Origin: an uncultured candidate division Zixibacteria bacterium
GTDB lineage: Bacteria; Zixibacteria; MSB-5A5; UBA10806
DNA length: 64,000 nt
NCBI GenBank assembly: GCA_963817915.1
Contig: CAWFQL010000012.1
Span: 512,001 to 576,000, forward strand
Direction: 5' to 3'
Shown here: piece by piece, positions 1-10,351 of the stretch
How the letters are laid out: every line of letters begins with the position of its first letter
Numbering within the stretch: the first letter of the stretch is position 1
Translations under genes and position numbers: made by a program
Notes under the pieces: generated by a model
Databases searched by the model: none
Told to the model about the DNA's origin: nothing
What the model saw: only the letters and a program-made list of their open reading frames with translations

Positions 1-1
1 G

Positions 2-2797
2 CCGGGTGCTGACCAGAGTCTTGGTATTAGACTGTTGGGACAAATCTCCAACGCCTCTATCATCAACAATTATATTGATGGTGCGGCAGTAGGCTTTAGA
101 GGACAAATCTGGAATGGTCACATCGCGTTAAATTCAAATATCTACTCCAATAGTTTCACGAATAATACTCTCAATTTAGAATGGCAGGGAGCAGCTGCGA
201 TTAATGCCTCCGACAACTGGTGGGGGATAAATACGCCATCCGGTGTGGCTTCCCTGGTCAGTCCATTAGTAGATTATACGCCCTGGCTTTATTCCGGCTT
301 CGATACCGATCCCGGTACCAATGGATTCCAGGGCGACCTGGCAATATTATATGTCGATGACAACAGCTCTCAGACTGGCTCTATAAGCAGAATTCAAGAA
401 GCAATCAATCAAGTTACCGGTACCAGCGTATTAATCGCTCCCGGCAATTACATCGAGCAGGTGGTGGTCACAAAACCAGGCTTAGTCTTAACAGGTGCTG
501 GTTCGCACAGCGACCCATTGACAAACACCATAATTCAATCGCCAACTTCACTCACATATTATTTTAGAACAAGCTTGAATAATTATCCTATCATCGGTTT
601 TGATGGTATTGCAAGTGGCAGCATTCAAAATTGCAGAATTGATGGCGCAGGCAGGGGCAACAGCAATTATCGCTTTGTTGGAATTGGATTCTGGAATGCA
701 GGCGGCTCTGTGAGTAATTGCATTATTACCGGAATCCAGGATACTCCATTCAGCGGTTCCCAGCATGGAAATGGCATTTATACTTACAATAATACCGGCG
801 GCCCTTATGTTATTAACGTGGACAATACCGGTATCTACGATTGCCAGAAGAACGGCATGACATTAAGCGGCAACGGCATGACGGCGAATGTGTCAAATTG
901 TCTGGTTGTCGGTCACGGTCCGACTACCATCACTGCCCAAAATGGTATTCAGATCAGTAACGGTGCGATAGGGACAATAATTGACTCCGAAATTTCAGGC
1001 ATTAATTACACGGGTTCACAAAATGCTTCTGCATCCGGAGTATTGCTTTATTATCCTCCGGGAGCCGTTACCTTAAGCGGGAATAGTATTCATGATTGCC
1101 AGGGTGCACTCAATGCCTATTTCGCCAGCTCTCTTAACATCGTGGGCAATACCTTCAACCTAAACGGCTTTGCGTTTATATGGGGCGGAATCGGGACGAT
1201 CGTGAATGGCAACACGTTTACAAATAGCGATCAGGCATTGTATGTATCCGATGATACAAACGCGGTATTTAGCAATAATGTCCTTAATACCAACAACTAC
1301 GGAATCATCGCGGATGGCGCTTGCCTTAATCAGAATTATACCGGCAACACGATTACCGGAAATATGGCGACCGGTATTGTTGTTCAACCTTACGATATTT
1401 ACGAACCGGCAGGGATGTCATTCCGGGCTAACAATATCAGCGGGAATGCCTCAGGACTCGAAAATGCAACCTCGAATCTAATAGATGCCACCGGAAATTG
1501 GTGGGGGGATGTGCAGGGCCCGCTGGTATCTACCCTGCGCTCCGGGAATAACCTCAGAGTCAGACCAAATTGGATATCGCGGATGGATGGATCGCCCGAA
1601 GATAAGCCAAATCTCGCCGAAAGATCTCTTCTGCAGAGTGCGTCCGAATCGGGAATCTCGAAACAGAAAATATCAGCTTCAGCCTCCACTTCCCGCGGTG
1701 CTTCGGGCAACACCATAGCCTCGATTCTTACCAATGGCGACGGCATTTCAGGTCTTATTGATTATTCTCCCTGGTGGGGCGCCAATTACGTCGGAGATCC
1801 TCATTCATCACCATGGGGTTGGTGGATGAATCCTTCAAATGCATCCAATATCCAGGAGTCAATCAATTCAGCTTCATCTGGCGATAGCATTCTTGTTCTC
1901 CCCGAAACTTACTCGGGAACCGGCAATTTCAATATTGATTTCGGCGGAAAGAATCTGAGACTATTCGGCGCCGATAGTATCGAGAATGTGATAATAGACT
2001 GTCAACATGCTGGACGGGCCTTCCACTTCCATAGTGGCGAGAGCTCATCGGCAATGGTCAAAGGATTCACGATTAAGAACGGCTCCGCAACCGGAAACGG
2101 TGGAGCGATTCTAATCGAAAATTCAAGTTCCCCGCAAATTCTACATTCTTTGATAATTCAAAATCGGGCCAGCGGTAATGGGGGGGCAATTTGCATTTCA
2201 AATTCCAGCCCGTCTATTAGAAACAACACGATTCTATGGAATAGATCAACGGGCGATGGCGGAGGACTATATATCGCAAACTCCAGTCCCATCGTACTGC
2301 ACACCATTATCTGGCAGGATACCGGGTCTGTCGGAAATGAAATTGCGGCTTCAGGCGGTAGCCCATCGATCACTTACTCTGATATCGACGGCGGTTGGCC
2401 GGGCGAGGGCAATATCGATTGCGATCCCAATTTCTGCGACCCGGAAAACGGCAATTTCTATATTTCAGATCTCTCTTGCTGCCTTAATTCCGGCATAGGC
2501 GGAAATAATATCGGAGCGTTCGAGCTTGGATGCACCGGCGATTTCATCCCTGGCGATGCAAATGCCAGCGGTACTGTCAACGGCCTGGATGTTGTCTATA
2601 TGGTCAATTATTTCAAGGATACCGGGCCGCCTATTCCTGCCCCGATCTGGCGCGCCGATGCCAACGGGAATTGCATGGTGAATGGGTTAGACGTTGTTTA
2701 TATGGTTAATTTCTTTAAAGGCAGCGGCAATGGACCTATCGATGGAGATTGTTTTGGCAGTGGAGTAAGCTCAAGCTCTCAATCAGAGAGCCGTTAG
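2..2797 (+). CDS. Large secreted right-handed parallel beta-helix (pectin lyase-like) protein with C-terminal dockerin-like domain; 5'-truncated by window edge
   Basis: Frame is open from base 2 (PGADQSLGIRLLGQ...). N/G-rich beta-helix repeats, repeated NWWG and DYTPW/DYSPW motifs, GGAI repeats, duplicated dockerin-like GDANASGTVNGLDVVYMVNYF / ADANGNCMVNGLDVVYMVNFF. Confidence 0.8.
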   Translation, partial: PGADQSLGIRLLGQISNASIINNYIDGAAVGFRGQIWNGHIALNSNIYSNSFTNNTLNLEWQGAAAINASDNWWGINTPSGVASLVSPLVDYTPWLYSGFDTDPGTNGFQGDLAILYVDDNSSQTGSISRIQEAINQVTGTSVLIAPGNYIEQVVVTKPGLVLTGAGSHSDPLTNTIIQSPTSLTYYFRTSLNNYPIIGFDGIASGSIQNCRIDGAGRGNSNYRFVGIGFWNAGGSVSNCIITGIQDTPFSGSQHGNGIYTYNNTGGPYVINVDNTGIYDCQKNGMTLSGNGMTANVSNCLVVGHGPTTITAQNGIQISNGAIGTIIDSEISGINYTGSQNASASGVLLYYPPGAVTLSGNSIHDCQGALNAYFASSLNIVGNTFNLNGFAFIWGGIGTIVNGNTFTNSDQALYVSDDTNAVFSNNVLNTNNYGIIADGACLNQNYTGNTITGNMATGIVVQPYDIYEPAGMSFRANNISGNASGLENATSNLIDATGNWWGDVQGPLVSTLRSGNNLRVRPNWISRMDGSPEDKPNLAERSLLQSASESGISKQKISASASTSRGASGNTIASILTNGDGISGLIDYSPWWGANYVGDPHSSPWGWWMNPSNASNIQESINSASSGDSILVLPETYSGTGNFNIDFGGKNLRLFGADSIENVIIDCQHAGRAFHFHSGESSSAMVKGFTIKNGSATGNGGAILIENSSSPQILHSLIIQNRASGNGGAICISNSSPSIRNNTILWNRSTGDGGGLYIANSSPIVLHTIIWQDTGSVGNEIAASGGSPSITYSDIDGGWPGEGNIDCDPNFCDPENGNFYISDLSCCLNSGIGGNNIGAFELGCTGDFIPGDANASGTVNGLDVVYMVNYFKDTGPPIPAPIWRADANGNCMVNGLDVVYMVNFFKGSGNGPIDGDCFGSGVSSSSQSESR

Positions 2798-2945
2798 AGC
2801 GATGACGAAATCAATAACAAGAGTTATTCCCGATAATAAAGGGAGGCAAAAGAGCTAAAAAATCCAGGTGACCGGTTGATGCGGTAAAGGATTTCGAATC
2901 TTGAACCCCGCCATTATTGTTGATCTGGGATAGCAATAAAAGCTG

Positions 2946-2977
2946 AGGGGGGCTGGCAAAGCCCCCCTATTTTATTT
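2946..2977 (+). terminator. Rho-independent terminator
   Basis: AGGGGGGCT-GGCAA-AGCCCCCCT followed by ATTTTATTT. Confidence 0.75.
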
Positions 2978-2994
2978 ACTCGATTTAAGCCATT

Positions 2995-3105
2995 AAAAAA
3001 ACCAACATTACCATTTAAGGTTGATAATGTTGGTGTCAGGGAATGTTCGGACAACATTGTGGAGGTGTGAGCCTCATGTTGCCAAATCCTGTTGCGCGTA
3101 CGTCC
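2995..3105 (-). ncRNA. Candidate ~110-nt sRNA
   Basis: Minus-strand TTGACA (3140-3135) with weak -10, internal hairpin GGCAACAT/ATGTTGTC, terminal hairpin ACCAACATTATC/GGTAATGTTGGT plus T run; no ORF in track. Confidence 0.4.
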
Positions 3106-3134
3106 ACACGCAATAAAAGGCCAAATTACCCTTT

Positions 3135-3182
3135 TGTCAATACTACTAATATGCGCATATAATGCGTAGTGCTATATACGTA
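3135..3182 (-). promoter_or_regulatory. Sigma70-type -35 with upstream 20-bp palindromic operator (copy 2)
   Basis: TGCGTAGTGCTATATACGTA (3163-3182) lies 22 nt from minus-strand TTGACA; same layout as 3631-3678. Confidence 0.55.
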
Positions 3183-3309
3183 ATCGCTTTTTGCCCAGTT
3201 CTGGAATTCGCTTAAAGTGTTGTAAATAAGCGGATTAGCGTAATTTGCTGATTTTTGGCAAATTGGGCAGCTCTATAGGTATTTTTTTTGTCAGATTTCA
3301 TTCTTTTTG

Positions 3310-3600
3310 AAAAGAAAAATGCGGAAAGATTGTCTTTCGCTTCAAATGGGCACCCGGCCGGGTCATTTATTTTCAAAATGACCCAGCCTGCCCTTCCCCT
3401 TTTACCCTCCCCAGGACATTTAACCAAGATAAAAGAGGAGCGATTTCCCTGAAGGTTTAGGTTCCTGAATCCAACTATCAAAGATCATTAATCAGGATCC
3501 GTCCGTGAATGAGGACTTTGGCCGTTTTATTTTTCTTCCATGAAAATTGACCAGTATCAAATACCCTCTTAGCTGCAAATTCACGATAAAATAAAAATCT
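3310..3600 (-). ncRNA. Candidate ~290-nt GGA-rich sRNA
   Basis: Promoter at 3631-3678; eight GGA motifs on the minus strand between 3395 and 3539; long hairpin 3356-3388; terminal hairpin 3321-3340 followed by ATTTTTCTTTT. Confidence 0.4.
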
Positions 3601-3630
3601 AATGTGTTATTTAATCAACTTTATGGTTTA

Positions 3631-3678
3631 TGTCAACACGAGTAAAATACGGATAGATTGCGTATACAATTATACGCA
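3631..3678 (-). promoter_or_regulatory. Sigma70-type -35 with upstream 20-bp palindromic operator (copy 1)
   Basis: Perfect TGCGTATA-CAAT-TATACGCA (3659-3678), 22 nt from minus-strand TTGACA (3636-3631). Confidence 0.6.
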
Positions 3679-5505
3679 TTAATGGCTTTGCAGGAAGGTC
3701 GCCAGATTTATTTTTCTGTTCGTCAAACCCAATTTTTTTCGTATCACTTCACGATGCTTGTGAACTGTCGCGATTGAAATCCTAAAGGCGCGGGCGATAT
3801 CATGTGAATTGGCGCCTTCTTTGATCATATTGCATATTTCTGCTTCTCTGGAAGACAGCTTGGAGTACAAGTGCGCCGATCCGCCGCTGGAATCGGCAAT
3901 CTCTTCCAGCCCTTTCCTTAATAATTCATAATAAACGAGGCTGATCGAGCCATCCCTTTTCTTTACTTTATGAAGAGTGGGGAGAAGCTGGTTGTCGACC
4001 TTGTTTATTATCTGCTGCCTGATTGCATTTTTTTCGCCTTCTATATGTGCCATGACTTCTCGAAGCGCGATATTTTTTTCCTGCAGGGCGATTCTCTCTT
4101 TATCAAGTGTATCCAGACTCATAATTTCAAGTATCTTCTTGCAGGCTATATCAACGAGCTCTTCTAAGTAGGCCGCAATTTCGCTGTTTGGCCGATTCCC
4201 GTCGAACGGAGTATCGGCCGACAGCCAGCCGATGATTTTCCCAGAGCTATCAAAAAGCGGTACGAAAAATTCATCGTTAGTTTTCCATCTAAGCCCGGCG
4301 GCCCCCAAATCTTTGGAGGGCTTTATCTGTCGGCCAAAATCATCCGCGAAAATGCCGCTTTCGGCCGGTACAAAGTATGAATTGCTAATTCGAAACTCGT
4401 CCTGCGTCATCTTTCTCGATAGATCATCGTCCGGCGCCGGAGAGCTCCTGGCGGCCATTAAAGTTTTTGAATCCAACCCGTAATGCCCAATATGGAGAAT
4501 CTCTTTTCTATCACCATGAATTGTCATTACTGATCGCTCGAATAAAAGCGCGTCATAGATGGCGTGGCAAGCGTAAGAAAGGCAGTCATCTATCGAATAT
4601 GACGTCCTGATTTTGTTCAAAAGGTCTGAACGAGCCTTTTCGCGGGCGTTTAGCTTTCTTTGTTCCGTAATATCAGTCGCGATAATCTGGACACCTGAAA
4701 TTATCCCCTTGCTGTCTTCAATCGGCTGGACTACGGCATGTATCCATCTTATTTCTTCATTGATAATTGTTTCTACAACCTGATTCAGCGTCCGATTATT
4801 CGCAATTGCGTCATTTATGATCCCGATATGCTTGAGACCCTTGTCACCGGGAAATAAACTGGATATTGATTTGCCGAGAAAATCCTCTGGTTTACCTCCC
4901 AGGATTTGCGCGGCATTCTTATTCATTTGCAGGAAAATCATATCGTGCGAAATCCAGCATATAGCCTCGACAGCATTTTCCATGAGCATGCGAAACTTTT
5001 TTTCGCTATTAATTACCCCCTCGGTCGCTTTCTTCCTTTCGGTGATATCTATCATGGAGCCGAACGCGCCGATATATCGGCCCTTTTTGTCGAATCGAGG
5101 AGTTCCCGAAAGCATTACAGTTTTGTAATTGCCCTTGCCCGTGAGAATATCCAATTCATAGAGAGATGGCTGCCCCGACACGCGCTGCTCAAGCTGATTT
5201 TCGATAATTTTAAGTTGGTCATAAGGAATATAATTTAGAATACTTTGTCCCTTGACGCTCTCGAATGAATCTTCTTCAACAATCCGTAATAGCGCGGGAT
5301 TGCAATACTGAATATTATGGTTTTCATCTATTATACAAAGCCCTTCAAAAACAGAATTGAAGAGCTCATGGTAATGGACACCGAATTCTTCCAATGACTC
5401 AACTGATTTCGGATCATTTTCCGAATCCTGATTCTCAGAACGTTGATTCCTTAATGAATCAAGCTCTCTGATCAAATCTTCTTTTGATTTAGAATAATCG
5501 TCCAT
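3679..5505 (-). CDS. PAS-PAS-GAF-like sensor fused to LuxR-type HTH transcriptional regulator
   Basis: Two PAS/PAC units ending DITERK and DITEQR, GAF-like region, coiled coil, C-terminal LSSREAEICNMIKEG...IARAFRISIATVHKHREVIRKKLG. Confidence 0.88.
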   Translation of the reverse strand: MDDYSKSKEDLIRELDSLRNQRSENQDSENDPKSVESLEEFGVHYHELFNSVFEGLCIIDENHNIQYCNPALLRIVEEDSFESVKGQSILNYIPYDQLKIIENQLEQRVSGQPSLYELDILTGKGNYKTVMLSGTPRFDKKGRYIGAFGSMIDITERKKATEGVINSEKKFRMLMENAVEAICWISHDMIFLQMNKNAAQILGGKPEDFLGKSISSLFPGDKGLKHIGIINDAIANNRTLNQVVETIINEEIRWIHAVVQPIEDSKGIISGVQIIATDITEQRKLNAREKARSDLLNKIRTSYSIDDCLSYACHAIYDALLFERSVMTIHGDRKEILHIGHYGLDSKTLMAARSSPAPDDDLSRKMTQDEFRISNSYFVPAESGIFADDFGRQIKPSKDLGAAGLRWKTNDEFFVPLFDSSGKIIGWLSADTPFDGNRPNSEIAAYLEELVDIACKKILEIMSLDTLDKERIALQEKNIALREVMAHIEGEKNAIRQQIINKVDNQLLPTLHKVKKRDGSISLVYYELLRKGLEEIADSSGGSAHLYSKLSSREAEICNMIKEGANSHDIARAFRISIATVHKHREVIRKKLGLTNRKINLATFLQSH

Positions 5506-5736
5506 TTTTCTATCAATAGTTTATTAAAAACCGTTCAAATATATAATGAATATGCGGTTATTCAAGCTATTTCTTAGTTCGACAGAGTTATATTGTCGGA
5601 TTCCAATCCCCAAATGACATTACGCCTATATAATATGTACCATTTTCCAATTTTAGATCAAAATAAACATCAATGCTTCCGATAATTATTGAAAAAATAG
5701 CCGATTAGACATATATAGGCAAAAAAAGGAGGATTT

Positions 5737-6334
5737 GTGAAAAAAGGTTTCGCTATTTTACTCATGTTGGGAATGCTGATGGCCTGCGGCTCATCGAGGC
5801 AGGTGACTCGAATGGATTCGAATTCGGTCACCGATTTGAGCGGCAAATGGAATGAAACCGATTCCCGGTTAGTTGCCGAGGAGATGGTGTCCGATTGCCT
5901 GCAAAAAGTATGGTTGACCGATTTTATTGTGCTCAAGGGGAAAAAGCCGGTCGTCACTGTAGGGACTATTAAGAAATTCCAGCAGTGAACATATCGACAC
6001 CGATGTCTTCTCTACCGATTTCGAACGGGAGCTGATCAATTCCGGCAAGGTTAGATTTGTAGCCAGCCGCGAGCAAAGGGGAGAAATCCGCGATGAAAGA
6101 ATGGACCAGCAGCAAAACTCGTCCGAAGAGACTATGAAGAAGTTCGGGAGAGAAGTAGGCGCTGATTTTATTCTGCTTGGCGGTGTTAAGAGCATCACCG
6201 ATCAAATTGAAGGCAAAAGCACTATTTTCTATCAAACCGATTTCGAGCTTATCAACCTCGAAACCAATGAAAAGGTCTGGATCGGCAGCAAGGAAATCAA
6301 AAAGGGTATCTCTCAAGGGAAAGTTAAATGGTAG
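5737..6334 (+). CDS. lpoB: Penicillin-binding protein activator LpoB-like lipoprotein (one frameshift near 5974)
   Basis: Lipobox LMAC, DLSGKWNETDSR motif; removing one A joins it to ...KNSSSEHIDTD...GADFILLG...ETNEKVW. Confidence 0.7.
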
Positions 6335-6407
6335 AGTTCGTAAGAGTGCTTGTGTTTTGGTTTTCAATGTAAAATCATCGGCAGCTTGCTAACTGAGCTT
6401 TCATCTT

Positions 6408-7875
6408 ATGAAGGTTAATACAAATAATCAATGGGGCGTTTTCAAAAACGCCCTTTTGAAAATTCAATTGATTTCAATAAAACGGCAAGAAGCTCGTTAT
6501 TTACTCGCTGTTTCCTTAATTGCCTTGATTTTTTCGGGTTGTGGCGCGGTCGCTACTCGGATCAGTTTTTATAAGCCGATTACTGAGGAGCTTAAATCCG
6601 GGCAATTTAATAAAGCGATCGCAAGCTTTGATCAGGCGAGGAAAAAGGGCAAATTCGATAATAAGGACAGGTTTGTTTATCTCATAGATTCAGGTCTCTT
6701 AAATTATTACGCGACAAATTACGATTCCAGCAACCAAAAACTAAACCTGGCCGAGAGTACCGCTGAAGATCTTTACACCAAGAGCCTTTCCAGGGCCGCC
6801 GCTTCTATGGTTCTCAATGATAATATTCTGGAATACGCGGGCGAGGATTATGAGATTTTATATACCAACCTGATCAAGGCACTGAATTATGTCTCGTTGA
6901 ATAAATTTGAAGATGCGTTTGTTGAAATAAAACGCGCTAATCTGAAGTTAGAACTCCTCGATCAAAAATACGGTGAGGATTCCACAGAAATCCAAAAATA
7001 CGCTGAGAATGAAACTCCCGGCGCCCAAATCGATTATTCGGCCCTTAAAATCCGATTCAGTAATGACGCTTTCGCGCGTTATCTAAGCATGCATCTCTAT
7101 GCCGCCGATGGTAAATACGATGACGCCGCGATTGACATGAACCTGCTGATGAAAGCATTCGAGACACAGCCCAACGTATATAACTTCAATATTCCTGATG
7201 CCAATTATAGCTCTCCTGACGGCGCGATATTGTCGGTGATCGGATTGGCAGGCCTCGCTCCCACTAAAGAAGCCCTGAATCTTCGAATCAGAACCGATAA
7301 GCAGCTGGGTTTGGTGCAAATACTATATACCGATCCCTGGCGAAATGATAGCGAATACGGCCATTTAATATTGCCGGTAAAAGAAGATTATTATTTCAAA
7401 TTTGCCATACCGCAGCTGGTCGAACGGCCTTCAGTCATCAAGACTATTAAAGTATATGCCGACTCGAATTGCATCGGCGAATTGCAATTAATCGAAGATG
7501 TGGGAAAATTGGCCATAGAAACATTTGAAATCAAGAAAACCATGATTTATTTGCGTTCGGTTATCAGGTCTGTCGTCAAAGGTCTGGCGGCCAATAAGCT
7601 GAAAAAAAAGGCAGATACCGGCGGCTTGGAAGGATGGCTGAAAAAGGCGGCTATCGATGTCGGCACCGATATCTCTGAAAATGCGGATTTGCGTTGTTCT
7701 CGATTTTTGCCGGGCAGAATTTTTATTGGAGATTTTGATCTAATGCCGGGGACATATAATCTGTCTATAGAATTTTTGGATGAATATGATGTTATTGTTA
7801 AACGACAGGCTTTTTCCGGGCTTTCAGGTTAGAAAAGACGGCCTGAATTTAATCAGCGCCTTTTCACCTCAATAG
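6408..7875 (+). CDS. COG3014-like lipoprotein with TPR-like N-terminus; true start probably later; probable frameshift near 7812
   Basis: Lipobox FSGC, YAGEDYE and ENADLR motifs; this family typically follows LpoB-like genes. Removing one T in the 7811-7815 run extends it to TAG at 7875. Confidence 0.6.
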
Positions 7876-7887
7876 AATATAATCCTA

Positions 7888-8379
7888 TTATACTTTTCCT
7901 CTGATATTAACCTGTGACTGCAGGTAATCAATAATCTCATTATTGGAATCGAATTTAGTTACCTCGATTTTAGCAAGTTCAGCGAGCTTCATGGTAGCGT
8001 TTTTAGACGCTTCCCAATTTTCTCCCGAAAGCTCATTGAGATAAACTACTTTCTTTATACCGGTTTGCACTACCGCTTTCATACATTCTGAACAGGGGAA
8101 CACTGTGACATAAAGGCTGCAATCCGTTAGGTCTCGCAGCGCATGCAAGATTGCGTTGAGCTCGGCATGGACTACATAAAGATATTTTTCCGGTCTTTCC
8201 TGCGGAATCTGATTGTCATCGAGATTTCTCGGAAAGCCATTATAACCTGAACTTATAACCTTCCTGGTCTTTTTATCAATAATGACCGCACCTACCTGAG
8301 TGCTGGGGTCCTTTGATTTCAAAGAGGCCACAATTGCCAGAGTCATGAAATATTCTTCCCAGCTTAATGGCTTCTTCAT
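7888..8379 (-). CDS. dCMP deaminase family protein
   Basis: SKDPSTQVGA, GYNG, HAELNAI and PCSEC zinc-deaminase motifs. Confidence 0.92.
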   Translation of the reverse strand: MKKPLSWEEYFMTLAIVASLKSKDPSTQVGAVIIDKKTRKVISSGYNGFPRNLDDNQIPQERPEKYLYVVHAELNAILHALRDLTDCSLYVTVFPCSECMKAVVQTGIKKVVYLNELSGENWEASKNATMKLAELAKIEVTKFDSNNEIIDYLQSQVNIRGKV

Positions 8380-8580
8380 TTTATACTCTTCCTTGGATTT
8401 GCCTCTGCTTAGCCTTTACGATAACCAGCTACATAATTTCAGGCCCAAATATAAACTTGCCTAACGATGATGACAATAGAATAAAAGACGCAATTCATCA
8501 TCTTTGATTAATGATATCTATAATCCATTTCAAATACAAAGTATCATTTATCGCTTAAATCGATGATAATTACGCAAGTA

Positions 8581-8598
8581 TTGTGAAATTATTAACAA
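8581..8598. promoter_or_regulatory. Rex-like operator
   Basis: TTGTGAAATTATTAACAA, one mismatch to TTGTGAA-N4-TTCACAA, upstream of gdhA. Confidence 0.45.
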
Positions 8599-8678
8599 TC
8601 TCGGGGTTATTATTATTTATATAAAATATTAGCTGCAAAAGAGTTAGCCTATATTGAGAAATCAAGCTTGTATTGCTC

Positions 8679-8707
8679 TTGACATTTTATTGCTGTTTTT
8701 ATATTCT
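8679..8707 (+). promoter_or_regulatory. Sigma70-type promoter of gdhA
   Basis: TTGACA-N17-TATTCT. Confidence 0.5.
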
Positions 8708-8884
8708 GAGCTCAGTTGTTAGAAGAGAATTAACCGCGGAAATGTAATGAGGTGATTAGGCTCTTTAGATAACCCAAAATCCTTAAGAATGCGAAAAACT
8801 AAATCGGAATATTTCGATTTTTTTTCGTGAATAACGGGTTATCCTATTTCTGCATTTTACAAATTGTGTGAAGGGAGATAATAA

Positions 8885-10171
8885 ATGACTGGTAAGGCTT
8901 TTAACCCCTTTGTCATGGCTCAGACGCAATTCGATAACGCAGCCGATATTCTCGATCTCGATGCGGGGACTCGAGAGCTTCTTCGCAATCCGATGCGCGA
9001 ATACCATTTCAGTATTCCGGTGCGAATGGACGATGGCAAAACTAAAATCTTTCGCGGATTCAGAGTCCAGCACAATGATGCCCGCGGCCCGGGAAAAGGC
9101 GGCATCCGTTTCCACCCGCACGAGACTATCGACACCGTGCGCGCCCTATCCATGTGGATGACTTGGAAATGCTCGGTCGTGGATATTCCACTTGGCGGAA
9201 GCAAGGGCGGTGTTATATGCGACCCACATAATCTAAGCATGAAAGAACAAGAGCAGATCTGTCGCGGATGGGTTCGCTCCATGGCAAGAAATGTCGGGCC
9301 ATTAACCGACGTGCCCGCTCCCGATGTCATGACCAATGCCCAGCATATGCTCTGGATGTTAGATGAATTAGAAGCTATTCACGGTCAGAAATTGCCCGGA
9401 TTTATTACCGGCAAGCCGGTAGGGATGGGAGGCTCTCTTGGAAGAACCGAAGCCACGGGATACGGCGTAATATATACGCTCAGAGAAGCCCTCAAAGACA
9501 TGGGAATCAAACCCGAAAATACATTGGCAAGCGTACAGGGATTCGGCAATGTCGCCCAGTACGCGATTAATCTATACCAGCAGCTTGGCGGCAAAGTTAT
9601 CTGTGTTTCTTGCTGGGATCAGAATGACCAAAAATCTTATTCATTCAAGAAAAAAGATGGAGTCAATACCGAAGTCCTGCTCGGCATCACTGATCGTTTC
9701 GGTGGAATCGACAAGAATAAGGCCAAAGACCTTGGCTACGAGATTCTTCCCGGAGAGGCCTGGATCGAACAAGAGGTTGATATCCTGATTCCAGCCGCTA
9801 TCGAAAACCAGATAACAGCCGAAACTGTGACCAAAATAAAAAAGACTGTAAAAGTAATCGCCGAGGGCGCGAACGGTCCGACTACTCCTGATGCCGATAA
9901 AGTTATTCAGGATCGCAGAATATTCGTGATTCCAGATTTTCTCGCCAATGCCGGCGGAGTAACCTGCAGCTATTTTGAGCAGGTTCAGAGCAATATGAAT
10001 TATTACTGGGAAAAAGATGAAGTGCTTGGCAAATTAGATATCAAGATGACATCCGCTTTTATCGCGGTCAGCGAGTTGGCAAAAAAGAGGAAGCTCTATA
10101 TGCGCGATGCCGCTTATCTTATCGCGATAAATAGAGTCGCTCAAGCCTGCAAAGATCGTGGGTGGGTATAA
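8885..10171 (+). CDS. gdhA: Glu/Leu/Phe/Val dehydrogenase (glutamate dehydrogenase)
   Basis: GPGKGGIRFHP, GGSKGG, VPAPD, ITGKP, GRTEATGYG, QGFGNV, EGANGP, PDFLANAGGV. Confidence 0.95.
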   Translation: MTGKAFNPFVMAQTQFDNAADILDLDAGTRELLRNPMREYHFSIPVRMDDGKTKIFRGFRVQHNDARGPGKGGIRFHPHETIDTVRALSMWMTWKCSVVDIPLGGSKGGVICDPHNLSMKEQEQICRGWVRSMARNVGPLTDVPAPDVMTNAQHMLWMLDELEAIHGQKLPGFITGKPVGMGGSLGRTEATGYGVIYTLREALKDMGIKPENTLASVQGFGNVAQYAINLYQQLGGKVICVSCWDQNDQKSYSFKKKDGVNTEVLLGITDRFGGIDKNKAKDLGYEILPGEAWIEQEVDILIPAAIENQITAETVTKIKKTVKVIAEGANGPTTPDADKVIQDRRIFVIPDFLANAGGVTCSYFEQVQSNMNYYWEKDEVLGKLDIKMTSAFIAVSELAKKRKLYMRDAAYLIAINRVAQACKDRGWV

Positions 10172-10259
10172 TAGATTTGAAATCGACGCATCCCTGGTGA
10201 TTTTTAGGGGTTTGCCGATGGCAATAATCTAAGTCTGATACAACTTCGTTACCGAAACT

Positions 10260-10308
10260 AAAGAGATAAGGATCAAGGCTTGACTTAGGCGATCCTTATC
10301 TCTTTCTT
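10260..10308. terminator. 15-bp perfect inverted repeat between gdhA and the next gene (terminator/attenuator-like)
   Basis: AAAGAGATAAGGATC...GATCCTTATCTCTTT. Confidence 0.55.
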
Positions 10309-10351
10309 ATATATAAGATTGAATGGCCACTTTGACTCAAGGAGTCGTTTC

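Noticed and set aside
3212..3481. 89-aa minus-strand ORF
   Set aside because: TTG start without RBS, runs through hairpins and a terminator, no recognisable motif.
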